Assembly: GCA_964557415.1 (NCBI GenBank)
Contig: CAZLBB010000015.1
Coordinates: 616-64,615, forward strand
Source: an uncultured Rhodospirillaceae bacterium
GTDB lineage: Bacteria; Pseudomonadota; Alphaproteobacteria; JAEULC01
Direction: 5' to 3'
DNA: 64,000 nucleotides
The translations under genes and the position numbers were made by a program. Positions 1 through 10,000 of the stretch are shown piece after piece (position 1 is the stretch's first letter; the number at the start of each line of letters is the position of its first letter). The notes beneath the pieces are model-generated. The model saw nothing but the letters and a program-made list of their open reading frames with translations. It had not been told where the DNA came from and ran no database searches.

Positions 1-1213
1 GCTTGCCGGAGTCGTGGGCGAAGAAGGCGAAATAGGGAATCTTGATGCCGGAGTGGTGGAACACGCCCGCGCTGGCGAACAGCAGGACCAGCCAGGTCCA
101 GAAGTAGCCCTGGTCCATGGCCGCGGCGATGATCAGCGCCTTGCTGACGAAGCCGCTGAACAGCGGGAAGGCCGAGATCGACGCCGCGCCGACGACGCAG
201 AAGCTGGCGGTCAGGGGCATCGACTTGTAGAGCCCGCCCAGCTCCGAGCCCTTGGCCGTGCCGACGCGGTGGAGCACCGCGCCCATCGCCATGAACAGCA
301 GCGCCTTGTAGAGGATGTGGCAGAAGGCGTGGGCGACCGTGCCGTTGACCGCCATCTCGGTGCCGATGCCGATCCCGACCACCATGAATCCCAGCTGGTT
401 GTTGAGGCTGTAGGCGAGCACGCGCCGCAGGTCGTTCTCGATCACGGCGTAGAAGATCGGAAAGGCGGTCATCGCCGCGCCGATCGGCACCAGAATCTCG
501 GCGCCGGCGAAGCCGCGCGCGAGCGCGTAGACGGCGAGCTTGGTGGTGAAGGCCGACAGCATCACCGTGCCCGTGACGGTGGCCTCGGGATAGGCGTCCT
601 GCAGCCAGTTGTGCAGCAGCGGGAAGGCGCACTTGATGCCGAAGGCAAGAAAGACGAGCCACGAGCCCGCCGAGCGGAGCTCCATGCCGGCGAACGCGAT
701 CGAACCCGTCTCGCGGTAGAGCAGGATCACGCCGCCGAGCAGCAGGACGCCCGAGCCGACCTGCACGACCAGGTAGCGCATGCCCGCGGCGAAGGCACGC
801 TCGTTGCGCGAAGCCCAGATCAGGAAGACCGAGGCGACCGCCGTGCCTTCCCAATAGACGAAGAGCGTCACCAGGTCGCCGGCGAATACCGCGCCGATGG
901 CGCTGCCGGCATAGACCAGGCCCGCCACGTGCTGGACGGTGTCGTCGACGTGCAGCGCATAGATCGCTCCGAGGAGCGCGGCTATGAGGAATATGTAGCC
1001 GAACACGGCGCTCAGGCGATCGACGCGCAGCGTGACGAGATCGAGCCCGAGCACATGCACCGCGCCGGATTCGCCGTAGGGCAGGCCGACGAGCTGAACG
1101 AAGGCCAGGACCGGCAGGGCGAGCAGGTAGAGCGCGCGCGCCCGGCCGCGCAGCAGCGGCACCGCCACGGCGCCGAGGATCAGGACCAGGCCGGGCGAAA
1201 GATCAGCGATCAT
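1..1213 (-). CDS. Mrp/Mnh antiporter-like NuoL/M/N-family subunit (third MrpD/MrpA-like paralog); 5' end in window, 3' end beyond window start
   Basis: Absent from ORF track (no stop inside window). My reverse-complement translation from ATG at ~1213 gives MIADLSPGLVLILGAV...ENDLRRVLAYSLNNQLGFMVVGIGIG...HAFCHILYKALLFMAMGAV. It carries the LAYSS-type signature of proton-pumping antiporter subunits (PF00361) and is multi-TM. The + strand ORF 14..1585 is its shadow. Confidence 0.8.
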   Translation of the reverse strand, partial: MIADLSPGLVLILGAVAVPLLRGRARALYLLALPVLAFVQLVGLPYGESGAVHVLGLDLVTLRVDRLSAVFGYIFLIAALLGAIYALHVDDTVQHVAGLVYAGSAIGAVFAGDLVTLFVYWEGTAVASVFLIWASRNERAFAAGMRYLVVQVGSGVLLLGGVILLYRETGSIAFAGMELRSAGSWLVFLAFGIKCAFPLLHNWLQDAYPEATVTGTVMLSAFTTKLAVYALARGFAGAEILVPIGAAMTAFPIFYAVIENDLRRVLAYSLNNQLGFMVVGIGIGTEMAVNGTVAHAFCHILYKALLFMAMGAVLHRVGTAKGSELGGLYKSMPLTASFCVVGAASISAFPLFSGFVSKALIIAAAMDQGYFWTWLVLLFASAGVFHHSGIKIPYFAFFAHDSGK

Positions 1214-1484
1214 AGTAGTCTTCCGGCCGCTTCAGCAGCACGCGCAGCGCCCGCGCCGCGAGCACGAGCCCGACGCAGGCGACGAAACCGAAGATGCCGT
1301 AGAAGCCCAGCCAGTGCTCCGCCGCGAACGGCCCGTGCTTCGGCACCAGCGCGTCGATCGCCAGCAGCGCCGCGCAGACGGCGTAGAGCGCATAGACGAT
1401 CCGGTCGACATTGCGCCGGTCGTCGAGCCAGCGGCGCCGCTCCTCGGCGCCGCCCGTCCCCGGCGATCGCGTGTCAGCGGCCAT
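1203..1484 (-). CDS. small 2-TM membrane protein (93 aa) embedded between antiporter-like subunits; MbhI-like position
   Basis: Track ORF; two hydrophobic helices (IVYALYAVCAALLAIDALV, GFYGIFGFVACVGLVLAARAL); co-directional and tightly packed in the Mrp-like array. Confidence 0.5.
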   Translation of the reverse strand: MAADTRSPGTGGAEERRRWLDDRRNVDRIVYALYAVCAALLAIDALVPKHGPFAAEHWLGFYGIFGFVACVGLVLAARALRVLLKRPEDYYDR

Positions 1485-1502
1485 GGCGACGGCTCCGGCG
1501 GT

Positions 1503-2975
1503 TCATGGCATCCTCAGCATGCCGGCGACGAGGGACTGCAGCGGATCGATCAGGAAGAACAGCGCGACGCACAGCAGCGCGGTGACGCAGAGGGGAACGA
1601 GGCACGCGATCGGCGCCTCCCGCACGCCGGCCGCTTCGCCGGCATCGGCCGGCGCCAGGAAGAAGGCGCGGCCGACGATCGACAGCAGGTAGGCGACGTT
1701 GAGCAGCGAGCTCAGCATCAGCACGGCAAGCACGAAGCGGTAGCCGCTGTCGAGCGCGCCGAGCGACAGCAGCCACTTGCTCCAGGCGCCGCCGAGCGGC
1801 GGCAGGCCGATGATGCTGAGCGAGCCGATCAGGAAGGCGAACATCGTCACCGGCATGCGTCGACCGAGGCCGTTCATCTCGCTGACGTTGTACTTGTGCG
1901 CGGCCACCTGGATGGCGCCGGCGCAGAAGAACAGCGTGATCTTGCCGGCGGCGTGCATGGCGATGTGCACGCCGCTGCCCGCCACGCTGGCCGTCGTGGC
2001 CAGCGCCGCGCCAAGTACCACATAGGCTAGCTGGCTCACGGTGGAGTAGGCGAGCCGGGCCTTGAGGTTGTCGCGACCGAGGGCGACGACCGACGCGGCC
2101 AGGAGACTGAACGAGGCGACGTAGACCAGCCAGGCGCTGGCGCCGGTCGAGGCCAGCGTGTCGATGCCGAACACGTAGACCACGACCTTCAAGACGGTGA
2201 ACACGCCCGCCTTGACCACGGCGACGGCGTGCAGCAGGGCGCTGACGGGCGTCGGCGCCACCATCGCCGCCGGCAGCCAGAAATGCAGCGGCATCAGCGC
2301 CGCCTTGCCGATGCCGAAGGCATAGAGCGCCAGCAGAACGGCAAGGGTCAGGTCCGAGGCCTTGCCGCCCAGGATGCCCCCGGGGGCGAAATCGGTGGTG
2401 CCGGCCAGCACGTAGGTCGCGGCGATGGCCGGCAGGAACAGGACCATCGACGTGCCGAGCAGCAGCAGCAGGTAGAGCCGGCCCGAGCGCATCGCCTCGG
2501 CGTCGCGGTGATGCGCGACGAGCGGGTAGGTCGAGATGGTCAGCGCCTCGTAGAACAGGAACAGCGTGAACAGGTTCCTGGAGAAGGCGAGGCCGATGGT
2601 GCTGCCGAGCGCGATGGCGAAGCAGACGTAGTAGCCGGTCTGGCGCGGCTCGTCGTGCGCGCGCATGTAGCCGATCGAGTAGATCGAGTTGACGACCCAC
2701 AAGGCGGAGGCGACCAGCGCGAACAGCATGCCGAGCGGCTCGACCGCGAAGGCGAAGGCGACGCCGGGCAGCACGGCGACGCCGACCCATTCGGGCCGCG
2801 CGCCGCCGAGCACCGAGGGCAGCAGCGACAGGACGGCGAGGAAGAGCGCGGCGGCGGCGACCAGCGTCACCGCCTCGCGCGGGTTCGGCGCCCGGCGGAA
2901 CAGCGGGATGACCAGCGCCGCCGCGAAAGGGATGACGATCGCCGCGAGCATCAGCGTCTCGGGCTGCGCGCTCAT
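1503..2975 (-). CDS. mrpD: Mrp/Mnh antiporter subunit D-like (NuoN/M-like), paralog 2
   Basis: C-terminal 490 aa of track ORF 1503..4322 starting MSAQPETLM; motif NLKARLAYSTVSQLAYVVLG; ATGA overlap with upstream paralog stop. Confidence 0.85.
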   Translation of the reverse strand: MSAQPETLMLAAIVIPFAAALVIPLFRRAPNPREAVTLVAAAALFLAVLSLLPSVLGGARPEWVGVAVLPGVAFAFAVEPLGMLFALVASALWVVNSIYSIGYMRAHDEPRQTGYYVCFAIALGSTIGLAFSRNLFTLFLFYEALTISTYPLVAHHRDAEAMRSGRLYLLLLLGTSMVLFLPAIAATYVLAGTTDFAPGGILGGKASDLTLAVLLALYAFGIGKAALMPLHFWLPAAMVAPTPVSALLHAVAVVKAGVFTVLKVVVYVFGIDTLASTGASAWLVYVASFSLLAASVVALGRDNLKARLAYSTVSQLAYVVLGAALATTASVAGSGVHIAMHAAGKITLFFCAGAIQVAAHKYNVSEMNGLGRRMPVTMFAFLIGSLSIIGLPPLGGAWSKWLLSLGALDSGYRFVLAVLMLSSLLNVAYLLSIVGRAFFLAPADAGEAAGVREAPIACLVPLCVTALLCVALFFLIDPLQSLVAGMLRMP

Positions 2976-4465
2976 CGGACCGCGGCCAGCAGCATGGCGG
3001 CAGCCTTGCCGGCGATGTCGGCGGTCAGACGCGTGTCGAAGCCGAACCAGATGGTGGCGACGGCGAGGACCAGGGTCGGCACCAGCATCGACAGCGGCGC
3101 CTCGCGCGCGCGCTCGGCCAAGGGCGAGGGCGGGCGGAACCACACGACCTCGACGACGCGGCCGACATAGACGACGGCGATCATCGAGCTCGCCACGATC
3201 AGGAGGACCAGCAGCCAGCCGCTGTGGCCGAAGGCGCCGACGGCGAGATACCACTTCGAGACGAAGCCGGACGTGCCCGGCGTGCCGATCAGCGCGAAAC
3301 CTCCGACCGCGAAGGCCGCCATGGTCAACGGCATCTTCGGCCCGATCCCCGCCAGGTCGTGCAGCTTGACCGAGCCGACGCGGAAGAACACGGCGCCGAG
3401 CGCCAGGAACAGGGCGGCCTTCATGATCGCATGGTTGAACAGATGCACGATCGCCCCGGTCAGCCCGGCCTGGTTGGCCAGCCCGATGCCGAGCGTGATG
3501 TAGCCGATCTGCGCCAGGGACGAATAGGCGAGCATGCGCTTGAGGTTGACCTCGAACACGGCGATGGCCGAGGCGACGAACATGGCGGCGAGCGACAGGA
3601 CCAGCAGGACGTCGGCGAGCTGCAGCGGTCCGAAGGCGGGCGAACCGGCGAGGATCACGGCGAAGAAGCGCACCAGCAGGTAGATCGCGACCTTGGTCGC
3701 GGTGCCGGCGAGGAACGCCGCGGCCAGCGACGGCGCGTAGGCGTAGGCGTTCGGCAGCCAGACGTGCAGCGGGAAGAGCGCGAGCTTGAGGCTGATCCCG
3801 ACGGCGAGGAACGCGACCGCCACGGCCACCGCCAGCGTCTGCTCGGGCGGCACCGAGGCGAGCCGGTGGGCGATGTCGACCATGTTGAGGCTGCCGGTCA
3901 CCAGGTAGAGGAAGCCGACGCCGATCACGTAGAAGGTCGCGCCGATCGTCCCCATGATGAGGTACTGGAACGCCGAGAGCAGGGCGCGGCGGTCGCGCCC
4001 CAGAGCGATCAGCACATAGGTCGACAGCGACGAGATCTCGAGGAAGACGAAGGCGTTGAACGCGTCGCCGGTGATGGCGATGCCGAGCAGCCCGGTCAGG
4101 CACAACAGGTACATGCAGTAGAACCACGCCCGGCGCCCTTCGTCGACCTCGAAGGCGACGCTGCGCCGCGCGAACGGCATGATGGCGGCGGCGACCGAGG
4201 CGACCAGCAGCAGCACGAACGCGTTCAGGAGGTCGACGCGGTACTCGATGCCCCAGGGCGGCGGCCAGCCGCCCATGGCATAGGAGATCGGGCCGCTCTG
4301 CAGCACCTGCCACAGCAGGCAAGCGGCGATCACCGGCATCAGCCAGGAAACCGCCAGCGCCAGCACGAAGCCCGTCGCCTCGCGCCGGGCGAACCCGGCG
4401 AGGACCGCGCCGAGCAGCGGGACGACGACCTGCAGGGCGGGAAGCTGCGCGGCGACCGAGTTCAC
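2972..4465 (-). CDS. mrpD: Mrp/Mnh antiporter subunit D-like (NuoM/N-like), paralog 1
   Basis: Track ORF, 497 aa, GTG start; motif NLKRMLAYSSLAQIGYITLG, HLFNHAIMKAALF. Confidence 0.85.
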   Translation of the reverse strand: MNSVAAQLPALQVVVPLLGAVLAGFARREATGFVLALAVSWLMPVIAACLLWQVLQSGPISYAMGGWPPPWGIEYRVDLLNAFVLLLVASVAAAIMPFARRSVAFEVDEGRRAWFYCMYLLCLTGLLGIAITGDAFNAFVFLEISSLSTYVLIALGRDRRALLSAFQYLIMGTIGATFYVIGVGFLYLVTGSLNMVDIAHRLASVPPEQTLAVAVAVAFLAVGISLKLALFPLHVWLPNAYAYAPSLAAAFLAGTATKVAIYLLVRFFAVILAGSPAFGPLQLADVLLVLSLAAMFVASAIAVFEVNLKRMLAYSSLAQIGYITLGIGLANQAGLTGAIVHLFNHAIMKAALFLALGAVFFRVGSVKLHDLAGIGPKMPLTMAAFAVGGFALIGTPGTSGFVSKWYLAVGAFGHSGWLLVLLIVASSMIAVVYVGRVVEVVWFRPPSPLAERAREAPLSMLVPTLVLAVATIWFGFDTRLTADIAGKAAAMLLAAVR

Positions 4466-4827
4466 GAATCGCCGTCCTTCTCGAAGATCTCGTCCTCCTC
4501 GATCGTGCCGTACGCCTCGTTGATGCGGACGACGAGCGCGAGGCCGAGCGCCAGCGTCGCCACGCCGACGACGATCGCGGTGAGGATCAGCACGTGCGGC
4601 AGCGGGTTCGAATAGACCGTGAAGGCGGGGTCGATGATCGGCGCGGTGCCGCCGACGATCTTGCCGGGCTCGATGTAGAGCAGGTAGACCGAGGTCTGGA
4701 AGATGCCGAGGCCGATCAGCTTCTTCACCATGTTGCCGCGGGCGATGACGATGTAGAGACCCGCGACCATCAGGAAGACGGTGATGACGTAGTTGTAGTG
4801 GCTGAAGAATCCCTGCAGCGCCTGCAT
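4462..4827 (-). CDS. mrpC: Mrp/Mnh antiporter subunit C (NuoK-like)
   Basis: 121-aa C-terminal part of track ORF 4462..5403 starting MQALQGFFSHYNY; 3 TM helices; overlaps stop of mrpB at 4827. Confidence 0.85.
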   Translation of the reverse strand: MQALQGFFSHYNYVITVFLMVAGLYIVIARGNMVKKLIGLGIFQTSVYLLYIEPGKIVGGTAPIIDPAFTVYSNPLPHVLILTAIVVGVATLALGLALVVRINEAYGTIEEDEIFEKDGDS

Positions 4828-5246
4828 CAGCGGCCCCGCTCGACGAAGGCGTAGAACAGCGCGGTCATCGTGCTCGACACGGTGACCAGCACGCCGCATT
4901 CGACCAGGAAGATGCCGAGCCCGCGCCCGTGCGCCGGATCGCTCGCCGACAGCACGGAGTAGTCGAGGAAGTTCTTCCCCAGGAGCAGCCCCAGCACGCC
5001 GGTGCCGGCGTAGATCAGCACGCCGAGCGGCACCATGGCCCGCACGAGTCCCGGCGGGGCGATGCGCTTGGCGGCGCCGAGGCCGAAGGTGATGCCGACC
5101 AGGATGACCATGGCGGCGGTGATGACGCCGGCCTGGAAGCCGCCGCCGGGGCCGTACTCGCCGTGGAACTGCACGTAGAGCGCGAACAGCAGGATGAAGG
5201 GCAGGATCAGCTTGGTGCCGATCCTGAGGATCAGGTTGGACCTCAT
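4827..5246 (-). CDS. mrpB: Mrp/Mnh antiporter subunit B
   Basis: 139-aa C-terminal part of track ORF 4827..5906 starting MRSNLILRIG; hallmark HGEYGPGGGFQAG motif of MrpB. Confidence 0.8.
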   Translation of the reverse strand: MRSNLILRIGTKLILPFILLFALYVQFHGEYGPGGGFQAGVITAAMVILVGITFGLGAAKRIAPPGLVRAMVPLGVLIYAGTGVLGLLLGKNFLDYSVLSASDPAHGRGLGIFLVECGVLVTVSSTMTALFYAFVERGR

Positions 5247-5716
5247 TGCGGCGGCTCCGCCTTCGCGTCCGCCGCGCCGCGCCGCCGCGATCCGCGCAGC
5301 AGCAGCATGACGCCGATCCCCGCCGTGAAGATGACGGTCGTCTCGCCCAGCGTGTCGTAGCCGCGGTAGTCGGCCAGGACCGAGGTGACCGCGTTGGGCA
5401 CATGCGTGTCCTTGACCGTGTCGGCCAGGTAGCGGGGCGCCACGTGCTGGTGGATCACCGCATCGGGCACGCCGAAGGGCGGCAGCACGAAGCTGCCCCA
5501 GGCGATGGCGAGCCCCGTGGCCAGCGCCAGGACCAGCGGGGCCCAGCTGCGGCGCCACGGCCGCACCTCGATCGTCCTGGTCAGGTGGAGCGTGCCGAGC
5601 AGCACGATCATCGAGACGCCGGCGCCGACCGAGGCCTCGGTCATGGCGACGTCGACGGCGTCGAGCACGATCAGGACGCTCGCCATCAGGAAGCTGTACA
5701 CGCCGCTCAGGATCAC
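5243..5716 (-). CDS. MnhB-domain membrane protein (MrpA C-terminal domain-like; MbhE/F-like)
   Basis: Track ORF, 157 aa; motif NAVTSVLADYRGYDTLGETTV, typical of the MnhB-related domain; GTG start. Confidence 0.7.
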   Translation of the reverse strand: MILSGVYSFLMASVLIVLDAVDVAMTEASVGAGVSMIVLLGTLHLTRTIEVRPWRRSWAPLVLALATGLAIAWGSFVLPPFGVPDAVIHQHVAPRYLADTVKDTHVPNAVTSVLADYRGYDTLGETTVIFTAGIGVMLLLRGSRRRGAADAKAEPPQ

Positions 5717-5799
5717 CGCGCCGAACAGGTTGCGCTGGCCGATGATGGCCAGCGTGACGACGGCGAGCAGCGTCAGCAGTACGGCATTGACGAAGGTTT

Positions 5800-6156
5800 C
5801 TATGGCCGCCTCCCGTCGTCGCTCGGGGACGCCGGGGCGCGCTGCCGCCGGTCCTCCGCCAGGAGCGGCTCGACCTTCTCGTGCAGCGCCGACTGGGCGA
5901 GCGCATGCGTCACGACCGGGCCGGTGAAGAAGAACAGCACCAGCAGGAAGAGGAGCTTGAGGGCGACCAGGCTCGCGCCCGCCTGGAGCATCATGCCCAG
6001 GATCAGGAACGCGGCGCCCAGCGTGTCCGTGATGCTGGCCGCGTGCATGCGCGTGAAGAGCTCGGGCATGCGCACGAGGCCGACGGCGCCGACGATCGTG
6101 AAGAAGGATCCGACCAGGATCAGCGCCCAGCTCAGGACGTCGACGACCAGCGCCAT
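5800..6156 (-). CDS. mrpG: Mrp/Mnh antiporter subunit G
   Basis: Track ORF, 118 aa; motif GLVRMPELFTRMHAASITDTLG. Confidence 0.8.
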   Translation of the reverse strand: MALVVDVLSWALILVGSFFTIVGAVGLVRMPELFTRMHAASITDTLGAAFLILGMMLQAGASLVALKLLFLLVLFFFTGPVVTHALAQSALHEKVEPLLAEDRRQRAPASPSDDGRRP

Positions 6157-6437
6157 CAGGACTGCCGCTCCTCGTCCACGTCGTAGGCGAGGTCGCCGTG
6201 GCGGAAGAACTTGAGCACGGCGAGCGTGCCGATGATGTTGAGCAGCCCGTAGGTCAGGCCGATGTCGAGGAACTCGGGCCGCCCGGTCAGGAACCCGACG
6301 ACGGCGAGCAGCAGGATGGCGAGCGTGCCGACCGAATTCGCCGCCAGGACGCGGTCGAACACGGTCGGCCCCTTGACGGCGCGGGTGACGGCGAGCGCCA
6401 GCGCCACCAGCACGGCCAGCGCTGCGGCGACGAACAT
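6156..6437 (-). CDS. mrpF: Mrp/Mnh antiporter subunit F
   Basis: 93-aa C-terminal part of track ORF 6156..6959 starting MFVAAALAV; motif GRPEFLDIGLTYGLLNIIGTLAVLKF; ATGA overlap with mrpE stop. Confidence 0.8.
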   Translation of the reverse strand: MFVAAALAVLVALALAVTRAVKGPTVFDRVLAANSVGTLAILLLAVVGFLTGRPEFLDIGLTYGLLNIIGTLAVLKFFRHGDLAYDVDEERQS

Positions 6438-6910
6438 CAGGCCGAGCCCTCGAACCGGCTGACGCGGCGATCCATGCCGCCGCCCTCGAGATCGAGCGCG
6501 CCGTCCCGGACCAGTGCGTGCACGGTCAGGTCGTTGCCGCTGACGCCGACCGTGATGGTGCCGGGGGTCAGGGTGATGGAATTGGCGTAGACGTTGACGC
6601 CGAGCGGCGTCCGCTGGCTCGCCTTTACCACGGTCATGGTCGGCGAGATGGGCAGCCTGGGGTCGACGACGATCTTGGTGACGGCCCAGGCCGACTTTGC
6701 GATCTCCCGGATCAGCCAGGGAATGTAGGTGAGGGCGCCGAAGAACAGGTGGATCGGATGGCCCTCGGCGTCGGCGGTGCGCATGCGCACGGCGGCGAGC
6801 GCGCAGAGGACCGCGCAGACGGCGCCGACGGCGACCAGCGCCGGCGTGTAGTGCCCGGACAGGACGAGCCAAAAGGCGAACAGGAAGCCCGCCAGACTGA
6901 CGATCCGCAT
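6437..6910 (-). CDS. mrpE: Mrp/Mnh antiporter subunit E
   Basis: 157-aa C-terminal part of track ORF 6437..7492 starting MRIVSLAGFLFAFWLVLSG; MnhE-like. Confidence 0.8.
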   Translation of the reverse strand: MRIVSLAGFLFAFWLVLSGHYTPALVAVGAVCAVLCALAAVRMRTADAEGHPIHLFFGALTYIPWLIREIAKSAWAVTKIVVDPRLPISPTMTVVKASQRTPLGVNVYANSITLTPGTITVGVSGNDLTVHALVRDGALDLEGGGMDRRVSRFEGSA

Positions 6911-7050
6911 GGCCGAAACCTGTCCCCCCGACGATGAAGATGCCGCACGCGCCGGGCACACTTGCGGAACGAACGGTGCCCTTCCGGGGGGTCTTTTAGC
7001 CTGTCGGCCCGGGGCCAGCCAACAGGCAAATGCGTGACGCTTCGACGGTA

Positions 7051-10000
7051 TTAATACGCTGGTACCGGGGCCGAGAGGGTGCCTTGCCGCTTGAGTCCAC
7101 GCGCCTTCACGAGCCCGTAGATCGCCGGGATAACCAGCAGCGTCAGCAGGGTCGACGACGCCATGCCGCCGATCATCGGCACGGCGATGCGCTGCATGAC
7201 CTCCGAGCCGGCGCCCTGGCTCCACAGGATCGGCAGCAGCCCGGCGGTGATCGCCGCGACCGTCATCATCTTTGGCCGTACGCGCTCGACCGCACCGACC
7301 ATGATCGCCTCGCGGAGGTCGGCTGCGGTGGGGCTGCGGCCTTCGATCTCGCAATGGGCCAAGCGATCGTTCCAGGCGTGATCGAGGTAGATCAGCATCA
7401 CCACGCCGGTCTCTGCCGCGACGCCGGCCAGCGCGATGAAGCCGACTGCGACGGCCACCGATAGATTGAACCCGAGCCACCACATCAGCCACAGCCCGCC
7501 GACCAGCGCGAAGGGCAGGGACAGCATGACGATCAGCGTCTCGGGCACACGGCGGAAATTGAGATACAGCAGCAGGAAGATGATCAGCAGCGTGAACGGC
7601 ACCACGATCACCAGCCGCGCCTTGGCGCGCTCGAGGTACTCGAACTGGCCGCTCCAGGCGACGTAGTAGCCGGGCGGGAACTTGACCGTTGCGGCCACCG
7701 CCTTCTGCGTGTCGGCGACGTAGCCGCCGAGGTCGCGCCCGCGCAGGTCGACATAGATATAGACCGCAAGCTGCGCGTTCTCGGTGCGGATGCTGGCCGG
7801 ACCCTGCGCCAAGCCGACCTTGGCCACCTGGCCGAGCGGTACCGCGCCGCCGTTCGGCAGCGGAACGAGGACCTGCGTCGCGATCGCGCGCGGGTCGCTG
7901 CGCAGGTCGCGCGGGTAGCGGATGCTGACGGTGTAGCGCTCGCGCCCCTCGACCGTGGTGGTCACCGGCTCGGCGCCGAGCGCCATGGCGATCGTGTCCT
8001 GGAGGTCGCCGACCATCAGCCCGTAGCGCGCGAGCTGCGCCCGGTCGGGGTCGATGTTGAGGTAATAGCCGCCGATCACCCGCTCGGCGAAGGCGCTGCT
8101 GGTGCCTGGGACGGTGCGGATCGCCGCTTCGACCTGCCGGGCCAGGCGCTCCATCTCGGCGAGGTCGGTGCCGAACAGCTTGACGCCGACCGGCGTGCGG
8201 ATGCCGGTCGACAGCATGTCGATGCGCGCCTTGATCGGCATGGTCCAGGCGTTGGAGACGCCGGGAAACTGCAGCGCCCTATCCATCTCGGCGATCAGCT
8301 TGTCGATCGTCATGGCGGGGCGCCATTCGGCTTCCGGCTTCAGGTTGATCACCGTCTCGAACATCTCGATCGGGGCCGGGTCGGTCGCGGTGCTGGCGCG
8401 ACCCGCCTTGGCCATGACCGAGGCGACCTCGGGGAAGGACTTGATGATCTTGTCCTGCGTCTGCGCCAGCTCGGCGGCCTTGGTGACCGAAAGCCCCGGC
8501 AGGGTCGTCGGCATGTAGAGCAGCGTGCCCTCGTTCAGGTTGGGCATGAACTCGGCGCCGAGTTTCAGGGCCGGCCAGGCGCTGGCTCCGAGCACAACGA
8601 GCGCGACCAGCACCGTAAGCATCTTGGCGCGCAGCACCATGCGGATGAGCGGGCGGTACAGCCAGATCAGCAGGCGGTTCAGCGGATTGCGGCGCTCCGG
8701 CAGGATGCGGCCGCGCACAAACAGGATCATGAGCGCCGGCACGAGCGTCACCGACAAGAGCGCCGCCGCCGCCATGGCGAAGGTCTTGGTATAGGCCAGC
8801 GGCTTGAACAGGCGGCCTTCCTGCGCTTCCAGCGCGAAGATCGGCAGGAACGACACGGTGATGATCAGGAGGCTGAAGAACAGGGCCGGGCCGACCTCGA
8901 CGGCAGCCGCGATCAGGACCTCCGTGCGGTTCTGCTCGGGCCGCGCGCGCTCCAGGTGCTTGTGCGCGTTCTCGATCATGACGATCGCGGCGTCGACCAT
9001 GGCGCCGACGGCGATCGCGATGCCGCCCAGGCTCATGATGTTCGAGCTCAGGCCCAGCCAGCGCATGCAGATGAAGGCGATCAGCACGCCGACCGGCAGG
9101 GTGATGATGGCGACCAGCGCGCTGCGCACGTGCAGCAGGAACAGCACGCAGACCAGGGCGACGATCGCGCTTTCCTCGATCAGCGTCGCCTTGAGCGTGT
9201 CGATCGCGCGCAGGATCAGGTCCGACCGGTCGTAGACCGCCTCGATCTCGATCCCGCGCGGCAGGCTCGCGGCGATGTCGGCCAGCTTCTCCTTGACGCT
9301 CGCGATCACCGACAGGGCGTTCTCGCCGTAGCGCTGCAGCGCGATGCCGGAGACGACCTCGCCCTCGCCGTCCAGCTCGGCGATGCCGCGCCGCTCGTCC
9401 GGCGTCAGCTCGATGCGGGCGACGTCGCGCAGCAGCACCGGCACGCCGCCGTCGCTCTTCACCACGACCTGCTCGAGGTCGGCGACGCCCTTCAGGTAGC
9501 CGCGTCCGCGCACGGCGAACTCGGTCTCGGCCAGCTCGACCGTGCGGCCGCCGACATCGAGGTTGCTCTGGCGCAGCGCTTCGCGCACGCGCGCCAGCGG
9601 CACGCGCAGCATCTGCAGCCGGTGCGGATCGATCACGACGCTGTACTGCTTGACGAAACCGCCGACGCTGGCGATCTCGGCGACGCCTTCGGCCTTGGCC
9701 AGGCCATAGCGGATGTGCCAGTCCTGCAGCGAGCGCAGCTCGGCCAGGCTGCGCTGGGCGCCGCGCACGACGTACTGGTAGACCCAGCCGACCCCGGTGG
9801 CATCGGGGCCGAGCGACGGCGTCACGCCGGCCGGCAGCCGGCGCGCCGCCGAGTTCAGGTACTCGAGCACGCGCGAGCGCGCCCAGTAGAGGTCCGTGCC
9901 CTCGGCGAAGATCACGTACACGAACGAGACGCCGAAATAGGAGAAGCCGCGCACCACGCGCGACTTGGGCACGCTGAGCAGCGCCGTGGTCAGCGGATAG

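Noticed and set aside
14-1585. 523-aa + strand ORF at the window start
   Set aside because: R/A/G/D/H-rich low-complexity translation typical of a high-GC shadow ORF. The opposite strand encodes a well-formed NuoL/MrpD-like membrane protein.
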